DNA from: an uncultured Anaerolineales bacterium
GTDB lineage: Bacteria > Chloroflexota > Anaerolineae > Anaerolineales > UBA6663
Assembly (NCBI GenBank): GCA_964480865.1
Contig: CAYZRP010000009.1
Span: 26,475-90,474, forward strand
Length of the DNA stretch: 64,000 bases
Direction of reading: 5' to 3'
In this document: positions 1-9,714 of the stretch, piece after piece
Layout of the letters: each line of letters begins with the position of its first letter
Position numbering within the stretch: the first letter of the stretch is position 1
The notes under the pieces: generated by a model
The model's database searches: none
The model's input: the letters and a program-made list of their open reading frames with translations, nothing else
What the model was told of the DNA's origin: nothing
Translations under genes and position numbers: made by a program

Positions 1-68
1 CCGTGGAAGCCCGCACAGTCGCTGTGGCCGCCGCCCGCCAGCCCGCAATGGCGTCGGTCCGGCACTGA
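1..68 (+). CDS. 3' end of an unidentified CDS entering from upstream of the window
   Basis: Frame 3 is open from the window edge to TGA at 66-68, with strong G/C bias at third codon positions. The 21 visible residues are not recognisable. Confidence 0.25.
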   Translation, partial: VEARTVAVAAARQPAMASVRH

Positions 69-139
69 ACATCCTGAACGACGCGGACCGACGATGACTC
101 GGTCCGCGTCGATCCATTGAGAGAGGCACTTCGCAAGCT

Positions 140-574
140 ATGGATCAACAAATCGTCGTTTTCGATCTGCATCGTGAGCACTACGGCGTGGACATCGGGG
201 CAGTGGAGAGCATTCTGAAGCCCCAGGCCATCACCTCGGTGCCGTGCGCGCCACCGTACGTCGTCGGCGTGACCAACCTGCGTGGCAAAGTGTTGCCCGT
301 GATCGACCTGCGGCGCCGTTTCGGGTTGCCGGCAGCCGAGGTGAACGCCGACACGCGCATCGTCGTGGTCCAGATGGGCGCCCATGTCGTGGGCATGATC
401 GTCGATGGGGTCAGTGAGGTGCTGAACCTCGATGGCGCGTCGATCGAGCCGCCTTCGTCTGTCACGTCGACAGCCGATTCGATCTTCATCAAGGGCATCG
501 CGCGTCTGGAAGGACGTCTGGTGATCTTGCTCGATCTCGACAAGATCGTCGAGAGCGAGCCCGTCCCGGCGTAG
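140..574 (+). CDS. cheW: Chemotaxis coupling protein CheW
   Basis: 144 aa single CheW-like domain (FDLHREHYGVDI..., VVGVTNLRGKVLPVIDLRRRFGL, RLVILLDLDKI). ATG preceded by a purine-rich stretch. Confidence 0.9.
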   Translation: MDQQIVVFDLHREHYGVDIGAVESILKPQAITSVPCAPPYVVGVTNLRGKVLPVIDLRRRFGLPAAEVNADTRIVVVQMGAHVVGMIVDGVSEVLNLDGASIEPPSSVTSTADSIFIKGIARLEGRLVILLDLDKIVESEPVPA

Positions 575-592
575 ACCACAAGGCCGGTGCGG

Positions 593-1471
593 CTAATCCC
601 TGACCCAGCGCTCGCCCTGGCGGATGCAGGCATGCGCCATGTGATGGGTGTTGTACGCCGCGCCGACCTCGCCCGCCGGGTTGACCAGGATGATGCCGGC
701 CTGCACAGGGCCGAGGCGCTTCTCGAGCCGGCGGAGCACTTCGTCGGCCGCCTGTTGCGGCGATAGGCCCTGGCCCATCAAATCGCAGGCGGTCTTCGAA
801 AACACCATGCGCATCAACGGCTCGCCGTGGCCTGTGGCCGCGGCGGCGCCGGCTTCGTTGTCGGCGTAACCGCCGCCACCGACGATCGGGCTGTCTCCGA
901 CACGGCCGGGCATCTTGCCGGCCGTGCCGCCGGTCGAGACGGCTACGGCCAGCAGCCCATGGGCGTCTCGGACAACGGCGCCGACGGTGTCTCCGGTTCT
1001 GTCGGCTCGAAAAGCCCGATCCTCCGGGCGCAGCTGATGTGTGCTGCTGCCCGCCACCAGTTCTTCCATCGCGCACACAGGCACGTCCATCGAGCGCGCG
1101 AATTGCTCAGCGCCAGCCCCGACAAACAGCGAATGCGGGGTGCGCTCCATCACGAGCCGGGCCACACTCACCGGGTTGGCCACGCGCTGAATCCCCGCGA
1201 CCGCGCCATACCCGAGCCGGGCGCCTTCCATGATCATGGCGTCCATCTCAACGTCGCCGTTGGCGTTCAGGTACGAGCCATGACCGGCATCGTAGACCGG
1301 GTCATCCTCGAGCACACGCACGGCGGCTTCCGCAGCGTCCAGGGCTGAGCCGCCGCGCTCGAGCACGGCCCACCCTGCCTCGGCAGCACGCTCCACTCCG
1401 ACACGGAACGCGGTGACGCGGTCGTCGAAATCGTTTCCGGCTCCCCCATGCACGATGATGACAGGCTCCAT
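593..1471 (-). CDS. Isoaspartyl peptidase / L-asparaginase (Ntn-hydrolase, asparaginase_2 family)
   Basis: 292 aa with IIVHGGAGN, the autoproteolytic GDTVGAV threonine motif and a GGGGYADN glycine-rich loop. Starts 12 nt downstream of the DegT gene stop. Confidence 0.9.
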   Translation of the reverse strand: MEPVIIVHGGAGNDFDDRVTAFRVGVERAAEAGWAVLERGGSALDAAEAAVRVLEDDPVYDAGHGSYLNANGDVEMDAMIMEGARLGYGAVAGIQRVANPVSVARLVMERTPHSLFVGAGAEQFARSMDVPVCAMEELVAGSSTHQLRPEDRAFRADRTGDTVGAVVRDAHGLLAVAVSTGGTAGKMPGRVGDSPIVGGGGYADNEAGAAAATGHGEPLMRMVFSKTACDLMGQGLSPQQAADEVLRRLEKRLGPVQAGIILVNPAGEVGAAYNTHHMAHACIRQGERWVRD

Positions 1472-1483
1472 CTTGGGTTCCCT

Positions 1484-2617
1484 TCAGGTCTGGGTTCGTT
1501 GAATCGAATGGCTCGGCTTCTCGCAAAATCGCCTGACGACATCGCACACGCGGTCGACGTCCTCGTCGGTCAGTTCAGGGTAGAGGGGCAGGGCCAGGTT
1601 TTCGGCAGCGGCCCTTTCGCTCTGGACCAATGCCGCATGCGCCAGGGTCGCATAGGCCGGCTGTCGATGCACGGGCAGTGGGTACAGGACGCCAGACGCG
1701 ATCCCTACCTGCGCGAGCGACTCGCGCAGCGCACCTCGTAGCGCCGAGCGAATGACGAACTGATGATACACGTGCTCGACGTCCGCCGGTTCGACAGGAA
1801 GGACGACGGATGTGTTCGCCAACCCGAGACGGTAGCGCCTCGCGAGTTGTCGCCGCCGCGCGTTCCAACGATCGAGGTGGCTCAGCTTGGTCGATAGGAT
1901 CGCGGCCTGGATCTCGTCGAGGCGTGCATTCAGGCCGCGTGCCTCGCTGACGTAACGCTCTCGCCAGCCGTACTGGCGCAGCTCGCGCAGCCGCGTCGCC
2001 AGTTCGGCATCCGCCGTCGCCACGGCGCCCCCATCACCCATCGCCCCCAGGTTCTTGGTCGGGTAGAAGCTGAATGCGCTCAGGTGCCCCCAGGCGCCGA
2101 CGCGTTTGTCGCGATAACGGGCGCCGTGAGCCTGGGCGCAATCCTCAATGACGACCAGCCCGTGCTCGTGCGCGAAGGCGAGGATCGGGTCAAGGTCGGC
2201 TGGACAGCCATAGAGATGGACGGGCACGATCGCGCGCGTCCTTGGCGTCAGGGCCGCGGCGAGTCGACCCGGGTCGAGCGTGAAGCGTTCGAGATCGATG
2301 TCGACCAGCACCGGGTTCGCGCCGGCCTGCTCGATGGCCGCGACCGTTGCCACAGCGGTATGGCTGACGGTGATGACGTCGTGTCCGGGACCGATGCCGG
2401 CGGCCATCAATGCAAGTTGCAACGCCGCAGTCCCCGAGCTTGTGCCGACGACGTGCCCGACACCCAGATACGCCCCGAACGCGCGCTCGAAGGCCTCAAC
2501 CTCTTCGCCCAGGATGTACCGCCCGGACGACACCACACGCTCGATCGCGGCGGTGAGCTCGGTCTGCAGGCTGGCATGCTGGGCAACGAGATCGATCGTC
2601 GGGATCTGGCGGTTCAT
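1484..2617 (-). CDS. DegT/DnrJ/EryC1/StrS-family PLP-dependent sugar aminotransferase (ArnB-like)
   Basis: 377 aa with FSFYPTKNLGAMGDGGAV (PLP-lysine region) and the family-typical N-terminus IPTIDLVAQH. Overlaps the upstream gene by 4 nt. Confidence 0.9.
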   Translation of the reverse strand: MNRQIPTIDLVAQHASLQTELTAAIERVVSSGRYILGEEVEAFERAFGAYLGVGHVVGTSSGTAALQLALMAAGIGPGHDVITVSHTAVATVAAIEQAGANPVLVDIDLERFTLDPGRLAAALTPRTRAIVPVHLYGCPADLDPILAFAHEHGLVVIEDCAQAHGARYRDKRVGAWGHLSAFSFYPTKNLGAMGDGGAVATADAELATRLRELRQYGWRERYVSEARGLNARLDEIQAAILSTKLSHLDRWNARRRQLARRYRLGLANTSVVLPVEPADVEHVYHQFVIRSALRGALRESLAQVGIASGVLYPLPVHRQPAYATLAHAALVQSERAAAENLALPLYPELTDEDVDRVCDVVRRFCEKPSHSIQRTQT

Positions 2618-3606
2618 AGGTACCAGGCCCTATGCCGATCGACGAAGTCCACTGTCCGGCGCAGGCCGTCGCGCAGCGACACGCGCGGCGTCCAGGCCAA
2701 TGTCGCCTGAAGCCGCGAGAAGTCGCCGTGGTAGTCGCCTATATCGATGCGCAGTCGATCGGCAGGGTAGGGCACGTACTCGACACTGCCCGAGCCGACC
2801 AGATCGATCACAAGCCGGGCCAGGTCGGCGAGGCGGATGGGTTCGCTGCCGCCGAGGTTGTAGATCTGCCCGTTGGTGTCCGGGTGGGCGGCTGCCGCCA
2901 GCAGCGCGTCCACGACGTCGTCGACGTAGGTGAAGTCGCGGATCTGGTCGCCCGACCCGTAGACCAGCAGCGGCTGGCCGACCAGCAGCCGCCGGATCCA
3001 CTCACCGAGGAACATCAGGCGTGCGTCGAAGCAGCGCATCCGCGGCCCATAGGTGTTCGTCAGCCTCAGGCTCGTGACATTCAGCCCGTACGCGCGATGC
3101 GCAACGAGATGAAACATCTCACCGGCCCGTTTGCTGACGCCGTTGTAATCGACAGGATCGATCGGGTGGGTCTCGTCGATCGGCAGGTCGCACGATCGGC
3201 CGTACATCTGACGGGTGGCGGTGTAGACGATCTTGATCGCCGGCTCGGTCTGTCGGCAGGCCTCGACGATGTTCAGGTGGCTCCCGGCGTTGATCGAAAG
3301 GTCATTGACCGGATCTTCCATGCTGGCGATATGGCTCGTTTGGGCTGCCAGGTTGAAGAGCACGGCCTGGCCGCTGATCGCGTCAACGGCGGCAGTCGGA
3401 TCGCGGAGATCTGCCTCCCAGATCTCCACGCTGTCGCGAATGCCATCGAGGTTGTGGGGATTGGCGCCTGAGCCAGGCAGGGCGGCATCGACGATCCGCA
3501 CCCGGGCGCCCAGACTCACCAGACGATGAGCCAGATTGCTACCGATGAAGCCAAGGCCGCCGGTCACGACGACGTGTTTGTTTCGATACCAGTCAACCCA
3601 TTTCAT
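2614..3606 (-). CDS. NAD-dependent epimerase/dehydratase (extended SDR, nucleotide-sugar modifying)
   Basis: 330 aa with the TGGLGFIGSNL Rossmann motif and the YNGVSK (YxxxK) catalytic motif. Confidence 0.9.
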   Translation of the reverse strand: MKWVDWYRNKHVVVTGGLGFIGSNLAHRLVSLGARVRIVDAALPGSGANPHNLDGIRDSVEIWEADLRDPTAAVDAISGQAVLFNLAAQTSHIASMEDPVNDLSINAGSHLNIVEACRQTEPAIKIVYTATRQMYGRSCDLPIDETHPIDPVDYNGVSKRAGEMFHLVAHRAYGLNVTSLRLTNTYGPRMRCFDARLMFLGEWIRRLLVGQPLLVYGSGDQIRDFTYVDDVVDALLAAAAHPDTNGQIYNLGGSEPIRLADLARLVIDLVGSGSVEYVPYPADRLRIDIGDYHGDFSRLQATLAWTPRVSLRDGLRRTVDFVDRHRAWYL

Positions 3607-4342
3607 GATGCGGCATCACGGCGCGCTTCCTGATTGTCAACGTCCACCACAGCTTCGTCAGTTGGCGCAGGGTGGCCCAGATGCGGACGAGGGTGAAGAA
3701 CTGCGACGCCCCGTGGCGACGATGATAGTGGGAGACGGCCACGTCGGCAAACCGGGCCCCGGCGTTCTGGAGCTTCTTGACGAGCTCCACGCAGATCGCG
3801 CCGCTGTCGCTCTCGAGTGAGACACCCGCCAGCCGGCTGCGTCGGATCAATCGGAAATCACAATCGGTGTCGCGCACCGGCAGACGAAACACAAGCCTGA
3901 CAACGGCGTTGTATGCCGCCCCGATGCCGACGCGCAGGAGCGAGTCGTTGCGACGTTGCTTGTAGCCGTTGACGACGTCGACCGTCGGGTCGACGACAGC
4001 CGCCAGACGCTCAAGTTCGAGCGGATCGTATTGCCCGTCGCCGTCCGTATAGAAGACCCAGTCCTTGCACGCCTGGGCGAACCCGCTGCGCAACGCGCCG
4101 CCGTACCCACGGTTCGCGGCATGCGTGATGACGCGCAGAATCGGGACCTGTGCTCGAAGCGCGGCGAGCACGGCGGCGGTGTCGTCGCAGCTGCCGTCGT
4201 TGACGACGATGATCTCGAAGTCGCTGGCGAGTTGAGACGCGATCTGTTGCGCGCGGAGGACCAGGTCCGCGATGGTGCGGCCATCGTTATACGCTGGAAA
4301 GAAGATACTGAGGCTGCTCAAGCGCTTCGCGCGCGCGTTCAT
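3593..4342 (-). CDS. Family 2 glycosyltransferase (polyprenyl-phosphate sugar synthase-like, ArnC/DPM1-like)
   Basis: 249 aa with SIFFPAYNDG, VVNDGSCDDT and YTDGDGQYDP (DxD). Soluble GT-A fold with C-terminal hydrophobic helices. Confidence 0.85.
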   Translation of the reverse strand: MNARAKRLSSLSIFFPAYNDGRTIADLVLRAQQIASQLASDFEIIVVNDGSCDDTAAVLAALRAQVPILRVITHAANRGYGGALRSGFAQACKDWVFYTDGDGQYDPLELERLAAVVDPTVDVVNGYKQRRNDSLLRVGIGAAYNAVVRLVFRLPVRDTDCDFRLIRRSRLAGVSLESDSGAICVELVKKLQNAGARFADVAVSHYHRRHGASQFFTLVRIWATLRQLTKLWWTLTIRKRAVMPHHEMG

Positions 4343-5088
4343 CGAGCGGGCTCCTTGCGCCCGACGGCCACCACGCTCAGACCGATGGGCAGCCCTGGCC
4401 CCGCGGCGATGCGGGCCTCGGCGGCGAGGAGCGCGCGCAGGGGCTCATTGAAACGGCCGGCCTGCCAATCCAGATCCGAGGCTTCCGCCGCCGGCGGCCA
4501 CGCCCGTTCTGCGAGACGTTTGGCGACCACTGCCGGAAACAGGGTGGCGTTGGCGTAGCTGATGTGAGCCGGCGTCAGTCCGGCACTGATCAGCAGATCC
4601 CGGATCGCGCGGGCCGAGTAGCGGCGCGCTGTGTGTGTGGCATCGTCGTGGCGCCCGCGCAACCAGTTGTGCGCCGGCACGCGCAGGAGCAGGACGCCGT
4701 CGCGACGCAACACGCGGCTCATCTCAAGGAGCGCGGCCCGATCGCTGTCGACGCCACGCTCGTAGATGACGTCGAAGCTGGTGACGATGTCGAAGGCCTC
4801 GTCGGGGAAGGGCAGACGCGTCACAGTGGCCCTTGCGATGCGGGGCAACCGGCGGCTTTTGTCGAACGACAGCGCGACGGCCGAAACGTCGCAACCGAAG
4901 GCCATGCCGTACTGGCTGAGAAACGTGGCCAGGGCCCCGCCAGTGCCGCAACCGGCGTCTAACAACCGACCCCCCGAAGTGGCGGGCGCGAAGCGGTCGA
5001 GGAGCGAGCGGCTCAGCACTGTCATGCCCTGATACCACCAGTGCCTGTCCTCCACGCGCGCCATGCGCGCATATTCGAGATCGTCCAT
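4339..5088 (-). CDS. Class I SAM-dependent methyltransferase
   Basis: The LLDAGCGTGG motif I lies in the C-terminal 249 aa of the 394-aa ORF. I place the start at ATG 5088 (MDDLEYARM...), which overlaps the upstream stop as TGATG. The upstream Arg/Pro-rich extension looks non-coding. Confidence 0.8.
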   Translation of the reverse strand: MDDLEYARMARVEDRHWWYQGMTVLSRSLLDRFAPATSGGRLLDAGCGTGGALATFLSQYGMAFGCDVSAVALSFDKSRRLPRIARATVTRLPFPDEAFDIVTSFDVIYERGVDSDRAALLEMSRVLRRDGVLLLRVPAHNWLRGRHDDATHTARRYSARAIRDLLISAGLTPAHISYANATLFPAVVAKRLAERAWPPAAEASDLDWQAGRFNEPLRALLAAEARIAAGPGLPIGLSVVAVGRKEPAR

Positions 5089-7124
5089 CAAGGCATCCGA
5101 TAGGCCAGCAAGATGACGTTGCTGCAGTCGCGTTGGTAGTGCAGGTCTCCGCCCGGGTTGGCGCGCGTCCATTGCAGCAGTTCTTCGATCCGCGGCGGGC
5201 TGGCGATGACCGTTTCGCCCGACACAGCCTGCAACGTGTCGACAGGATCCGGAACATTGGTGATCGCCCGGCCCTGGGTCAGGAAGTCGACCGACGCATG
5301 CGATCCATAGAAGAACGTGGCATCGCTGAGCAGATAGATAGTGCCCTCTTTGCCGAAGTCTCGGGCCGTCGTCCCGAGGTACGAGGCGAAACGGGTCTGT
5401 GGATCGCCGCCATACCGGCAGCGGCCGACGAAGTCGAAGAAGTAGATCCAGATGTTGAAAGCAGTGAGACCGGCCACGATCACGGAGACGACGGCGCCAT
5501 AGCGGAAGCGCTCGTTGGCCCAACTCAGGCCGATCTGCGTGAGCACCTGATCGAGGCCGATCGCCGCCAGGGTCATGGCCGCCGGCAGAGCCACGATCAT
5601 GCGGTATGAATCAGCTGCCGGCGGGATCGCGAACACGCCCACCGCGACGGTCATCCCCCAGAAGTAGCCGTTGAGCAAGAGGCCGTCCATCGTCCGGAAC
5701 TTCAGGAGCATGTACCCAAGGCCGAGAAGAAAGAGGACGGCGGCGACGAAGCTGAGGACCGGCACCGGCGATCCGTAGAAATCGACGGCCGGATAGTAGA
5801 TCAGGGACAGGAAGGCATGCACCACGCGCTCGGCCAGGATCTGGATCGACGACTTGCCCGTCGCCGCGATCTCGTTGGCCAGCCAGCCGGAGTTGAACGT
5901 GCCCTCAGCGTTCAGTCGGCTGAGCAGTTCCTCGGGGCGACGCGCCATGTACGAAACCTGGGGGATCACGGTGATGGCAAAGCCGCCCCAAAACGCTGCC
6001 CACTGCCGCCAGGCCGGTTGAGCTTCGCGTCGAAGGATGATCCAGGACACTGCGGTGTACACCAGCAGGATGCCAAAGACGATCTGGGCCGTGATATAGA
6101 CATCCATGTGCACCGCCAGCAAAACGCCGCCGAGTGCCGTGCGCCATGACGATCGCTTCGTCAGGCCGCTCAGGAGCAGGTAGAGCTCGAGGGGCACCAG
6201 CCAGGTGCCCTGGATGTAGGTGACAGCTGCCGTGCGACTGAAGTGCAGATGGATGTGGGACATCGACAGCAGGATGGCGGCGAGCAGCGCGATGCGCTGT
6301 CCGCGGATCTGGCGTGCGAACAGGTACGTCGCGAAGATAGCCAGCGAGCCGCCGATGGCGGGCAGCAGGCGCAGGGCAAACGGCGTCGGGCCGAACGCGC
6401 GCAGGGCGACATTGATCATCTGCATGTACAGAAGGCCGATGTTCTCCCACAGGCTGAAGGGGTTGGCCAGGGCTCCACTGCTCGTCGCCTGGGCGAACAT
6501 GCCGATCAGGCCCTCATCGCCATTGATGATCATCGGCAGATCGCCGAGCTCGTAGAATCGCAGTGCGACGGCGAACACCTGAACGAGCACGAGCGGCAGG
6601 GCCTCTCTCCAGTGGTCGCGGGCCAGCGCTCTCACATCCGGCCAGGCGATACGCGCCGGCAGCATGGCGATCACATAGCAGGCGATGCCGAGGACCCACA
6701 GAGAAAGGATCGGAAGATACTGATTGATTTGATAGCGCTCGAAAGCGATAGCGGCGCCGGCAGCCGTGATGGAGAGGAGTAGACTGCTCAGGATCCAGGC
6801 GTTGCGGCGCGAGACATTCGAGCCCCGCGGGATCGCGACCAACCACTGACGTGGTAGGAACGGCGCAACCGCGAACAGCACGATCCCGAGGCCGCTGAGC
6901 CAGACGGGCGTTGGAACCGCCACGGTGTTGTCGATCGGCGTGACGTACAACCACACCTGGCCGATCAACGTCACCAATACCCCGACGCCGATGAGCATGA
7001 TCTGCAGCGGAGCGAGCGCGCCGACGGCGGGGCGGGTGGCCGCCTCTGAGGGTGGTGCGGCAACCGACGGGTCAGTCGGTTCAGGGACGGCGATTTCGTT
7101 GGGATGCGACGATTGGACGGCCAT
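5088..7124 (-). CDS. Polytopic GT-C glycosyltransferase (GT39/GT83-like, PMT_2/ArnT-like)
   Basis: About 680 aa with more than 10 predicted TM helices and an acidic first-loop motif (INGDEGL). Start chosen at ATG 7124, which has GAGG 7-8 nt upstream. The ORF extends to 7211, so the start is uncertain. Confidence 0.8.
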   Translation of the reverse strand: MAVQSSHPNEIAVPEPTDPSVAAPPSEAATRPAVGALAPLQIMLIGVGVLVTLIGQVWLYVTPIDNTVAVPTPVWLSGLGIVLFAVAPFLPRQWLVAIPRGSNVSRRNAWILSSLLLSITAAGAAIAFERYQINQYLPILSLWVLGIACYVIAMLPARIAWPDVRALARDHWREALPLVLVQVFAVALRFYELGDLPMIINGDEGLIGMFAQATSSGALANPFSLWENIGLLYMQMINVALRAFGPTPFALRLLPAIGGSLAIFATYLFARQIRGQRIALLAAILLSMSHIHLHFSRTAAVTYIQGTWLVPLELYLLLSGLTKRSSWRTALGGVLLAVHMDVYITAQIVFGILLVYTAVSWIILRREAQPAWRQWAAFWGGFAITVIPQVSYMARRPEELLSRLNAEGTFNSGWLANEIAATGKSSIQILAERVVHAFLSLIYYPAVDFYGSPVPVLSFVAAVLFLLGLGYMLLKFRTMDGLLLNGYFWGMTVAVGVFAIPPAADSYRMIVALPAAMTLAAIGLDQVLTQIGLSWANERFRYGAVVSVIVAGLTAFNIWIYFFDFVGRCRYGGDPQTRFASYLGTTARDFGKEGTIYLLSDATFFYGSHASVDFLTQGRAITNVPDPVDTLQAVSGETVIASPPRIEELLQWTRANPGGDLHYQRDCSNVILLAYRMP

Positions 7125-7461
7125 CAGGAATACCTCGGCGTCGTCAGGGATGGGTTTGATCAGGGTCGGGTCGGTGATCGTTCTCGTGTACAAAGGCCGT
7201 CGCGGCCCCACCGACCGTCAGAAGCGCTGCAAGAAAGGTGCCAGAACCAATCCGAAACAGACCTCTGTAGCGTCCTTTATAGGCGAAACCAGTCGCGCGG
7301 CAAATCACAGCAAATGTATGGGCTGTGGTGTGGTTCCAGCAAGAGACAAATCGGTTTATCCTCAAGCCGGTCAGGCGGAGTGGATCTCAGTCGACAGCAG
7401 ACATGGCCGGATGTCGCCGCTCTCCGGCCGTGACCACGATTGCTCATGCAGGAGACCCGCG

Positions 7462-8391
7462 ATGGCGATTCAGTTCGGTCTTGTCCTGCCCAACGGGGCG
7501 CCGACTCCGGCGAACCGGGCGTCGTTTTGCGCGACGCTCGATCGCATGCTCGATCGAGCGTCAGGCTCGTTCGACTCGGTCTGGTGCGTCGATCATCTCC
7601 AGCCCGATGGCTCCGATCAACTCGACTCCTTCACCACGCTGGCCTATCTCGCGGGCCGACATCCTCAACTGATCTTCGGCCATTCGGTGATCTGCCAGTC
7701 TTACCGCAACCCGGCGTTGATCGCCCTGATGGGCGCGACCCTTCAATTCCTCAGCGGTGGCCGCTACATCATGGGCCTTGGCGCGGGTTGGAATCAGGCA
7801 GAGCATGTCGCCTACGGCTATCCTTTCCCGGACGCCGGTGAGCGCGTCGAGCAACTTGCCGAAACGCTCCAGATCATCACGGAGCTTTGGAAGGGCGGCT
7901 CCGTCACGTATCAGGGTCGCCACTATCGCGTCGACGGCGCGCGCTGTGAGCCGACACCTGAGCCGCGCCCGCCGCTGATGCTCGGCGCCTTCGGCCCGCG
8001 GATGTTGCGCCTGGCAGCGCGTTATGCAGATTGGTGGAACGTCTCCTCGACCAGCCCGTCCGAGTACCAACGGCTCTCCAATCGGCTCGATCAAGCCTGT
8101 GCCGAGATCGGTCGCGAGCCGGCCACGCTTCGGCGAACCTGGTGCGGTGGCTGTATCTGCGCGCCGACTCGCGATCGGGCGCTGCGTCTGGCGGGTGATC
8201 GCTACGGCCTGGATCCGGCGAGCAAAGAACTCGATCTGGTTGGGACACCCGAGCACGTGGTCGATCAGGTGAGTGCCTTCGTCGAACTCGGCGTCGATTA
8301 CTTCATGCTCGATTGCGGGGGCTTTCCGGATCTGACGACCCTGGAGCTGCTCGTCGACGAGGTCATTCCAGCCTTCCAAAACGCGCGGTGA
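7462..8391 (+). CDS. LLM-class (luciferase-like) flavin/F420-dependent oxidoreductase
   Basis: [10 protein letters not shown]... TIM-barrel monooxygenase-like sequence ([16 protein letters not shown]). AGGAG lies 7 nt upstream of ATG 7462. The 5' part of the 488-aa ORF is non-protein-like. Confidence 0.85.
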   Translation: MAIQFGLVLPNGAPTPANRASFCATLDRMLDRASGSFDSVWCVDHLQPDGSDQLDSFTTLAYLAGRHPQLIFGHSVICQSYRNPALIALMGATLQFLSGGRYIMGLGAGWNQAEHVAYGYPFPDAGERVEQLAETLQIITELWKGGSVTYQGRHYRVDGARCEPTPEPRPPLMLGAFGPRMLRLAARYADWWNVSSTSPSEYQRLSNRLDQACAEIGREPATLRRTWCGGCICAPTRDRALRLAGDRYGLDPASKELDLVGTPEHVVDQVSAFVELGVDYFMLDCGGFPDLTTLELLVDEVIPAFQNAR

Positions 8392-8443
8392 AGCGCTACG
8401 ATTACGGAACGCCTGTTCGAAATCCCGTCTCAGGAGTCATTTC

Positions 8444-9061
8444 GTGCGCAAACTCATTGTCAGCAATCTCTCGTCGGTCGATGGCTACTACGAAGGCCCG
8501 AACCGAGACCTCGACTCGCTGTTCACGTACTTTCATCCGGATTACGCCAGCGACCAGAACTTCGATTTCTACAACACCGAACGGATCCGGGCGGCCGACA
8601 TGCTCCTCTTCAGCGGTCGAGCGTCGTTTCTGGGCAACAAGTCTTACTGGGAAAGCGTGCCCACCGACCCAAATGCGACGCCGATCCGACGCGAGTTCTC
8701 GGCGTTGATCCGCTCGATCGACAAGCTCGTGGTGTCGGATCATCTGACCGCCGATGAACTCGCGCCCTGGACCAACACGCGCATCGTCTCGCGCGCCGAC
8801 GGTCCTCGCGAAATTGCGGCGCTCAAGGAGCAGCCCGGCCGCGAGATCTTCCTGTTCTCCGGCCGGACGCTCTGGAACGAGTTGCTCACGCATGACCTCG
8901 TCGACGAGCTCCACCTGACTTACTTTCCCATGATCGCGGGCAGCGGCACGCCGCTCTTCATCGGTCGGCCGCCGGTGTCGCTCAAGCTGTTGCACACCCG
9001 CACCTGGCAGGGGTCCGGCAACATCCTGGCCTGCTACAAGATCGAGCGCCGCTCCGCTTGA
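8444..9061 (+). CDS. Dihydrofolate reductase-family protein (RibD C-terminal domain)
   Basis: 205 aa with a GTG start. [18 protein letters not shown]... and [17 protein letters not shown] are typical of this family. Confidence 0.8.
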   Translation: MRKLIVSNLSSVDGYYEGPNRDLDSLFTYFHPDYASDQNFDFYNTERIRAADMLLFSGRASFLGNKSYWESVPTDPNATPIRREFSALIRSIDKLVVSDHLTADELAPWTNTRIVSRADGPREIAALKEQPGREIFLFSGRTLWNELLTHDLVDELHLTYFPMIAGSGTPLFIGRPPVSLKLLHTRTWQGSGNILACYKIERRSA

Positions 9062-9069
9062 ACGACGCC

Positions 9070-9672
9070 ATGTCGGTCAATTCAATGCTCTTGCAGCGGG
9101 TCGCGGCTGATCCGCTGTCGGTCGCTATGTCGATGGCGTTGCCATCGGGCCAGAGAGTGCTGGCGCGACCGTTGCTGTCGAGCGACACCGCTCGACTGGG
9201 CGCCTACTTCGAGTCGCTGTCGGCCGAGACGCGCAGCCGCTTTGGCCCACACCCGCTCGACGCTGCGGCAGCGGCCCAGCTATGCGCCGAGATCGACGCG
9301 ACCCGTGTCCTGCGCTGGGTGGCGGCTGCCGACGACGAAATCGTCGCCTACTTCATTCTCATGTGGTCGGTGACCACGTACGAGCGCGAGCGCTACGCGG
9401 CACACGACATCGCGCTATCTGGCGATGTGGATTGCACCTTCGCGCCGTCTGTGGCGGATCGCTTCCAGGGGCAGGGTCTGGGGAGTCTCATCTTCGCGCC
9501 CTTGCGGCATCTCGCGCGCGAGGCTGGACGGCGGCGCATGGTGCTGCTTGGCGGCACCCAGGCGACGAACGCCCGGGCGATCGCCTATTACCGAAGACTT
9601 GGGTTCGCCGAACTTGCCCGGTTCGAAGAGCCGCCCGGTGTCTGGAACCTGGACATGTGGTTGATGTGCTGA
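9070..9672 (+). CDS. GNAT-family N-acetyltransferase
   Basis: FQGQGLGSLIF (acetyl-CoA pyrophosphate-binding loop) and NARAIAYYRRLGF. ATG 9070 is preferred over TTG 9058. Confidence 0.75.
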   Translation: MSVNSMLLQRVAADPLSVAMSMALPSGQRVLARPLLSSDTARLGAYFESLSAETRSRFGPHPLDAAAAAQLCAEIDATRVLRWVAAADDEIVAYFILMWSVTTYERERYAAHDIALSGDVDCTFAPSVADRFQGQGLGSLIFAPLRHLAREAGRRRMVLLGGTQATNARAIAYYRRLGFAELARFEEPPGVWNLDMWLMC

Positions 9673-9714
9673 GCTGTCAGCGCGGGATGGTCACCTGCCA
9701 GAACGGAGTCTTGC

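Noticed and set aside
6925-7461. 5' extension of the LLM oxidoreductase ORF (488 aa as listed)
   Set aside because: The extension overlaps the divergent GT-C gene and the promoter region, and it looks non-protein-like. A good AGGAG-ATG start at 7462 matches the family N-terminus.
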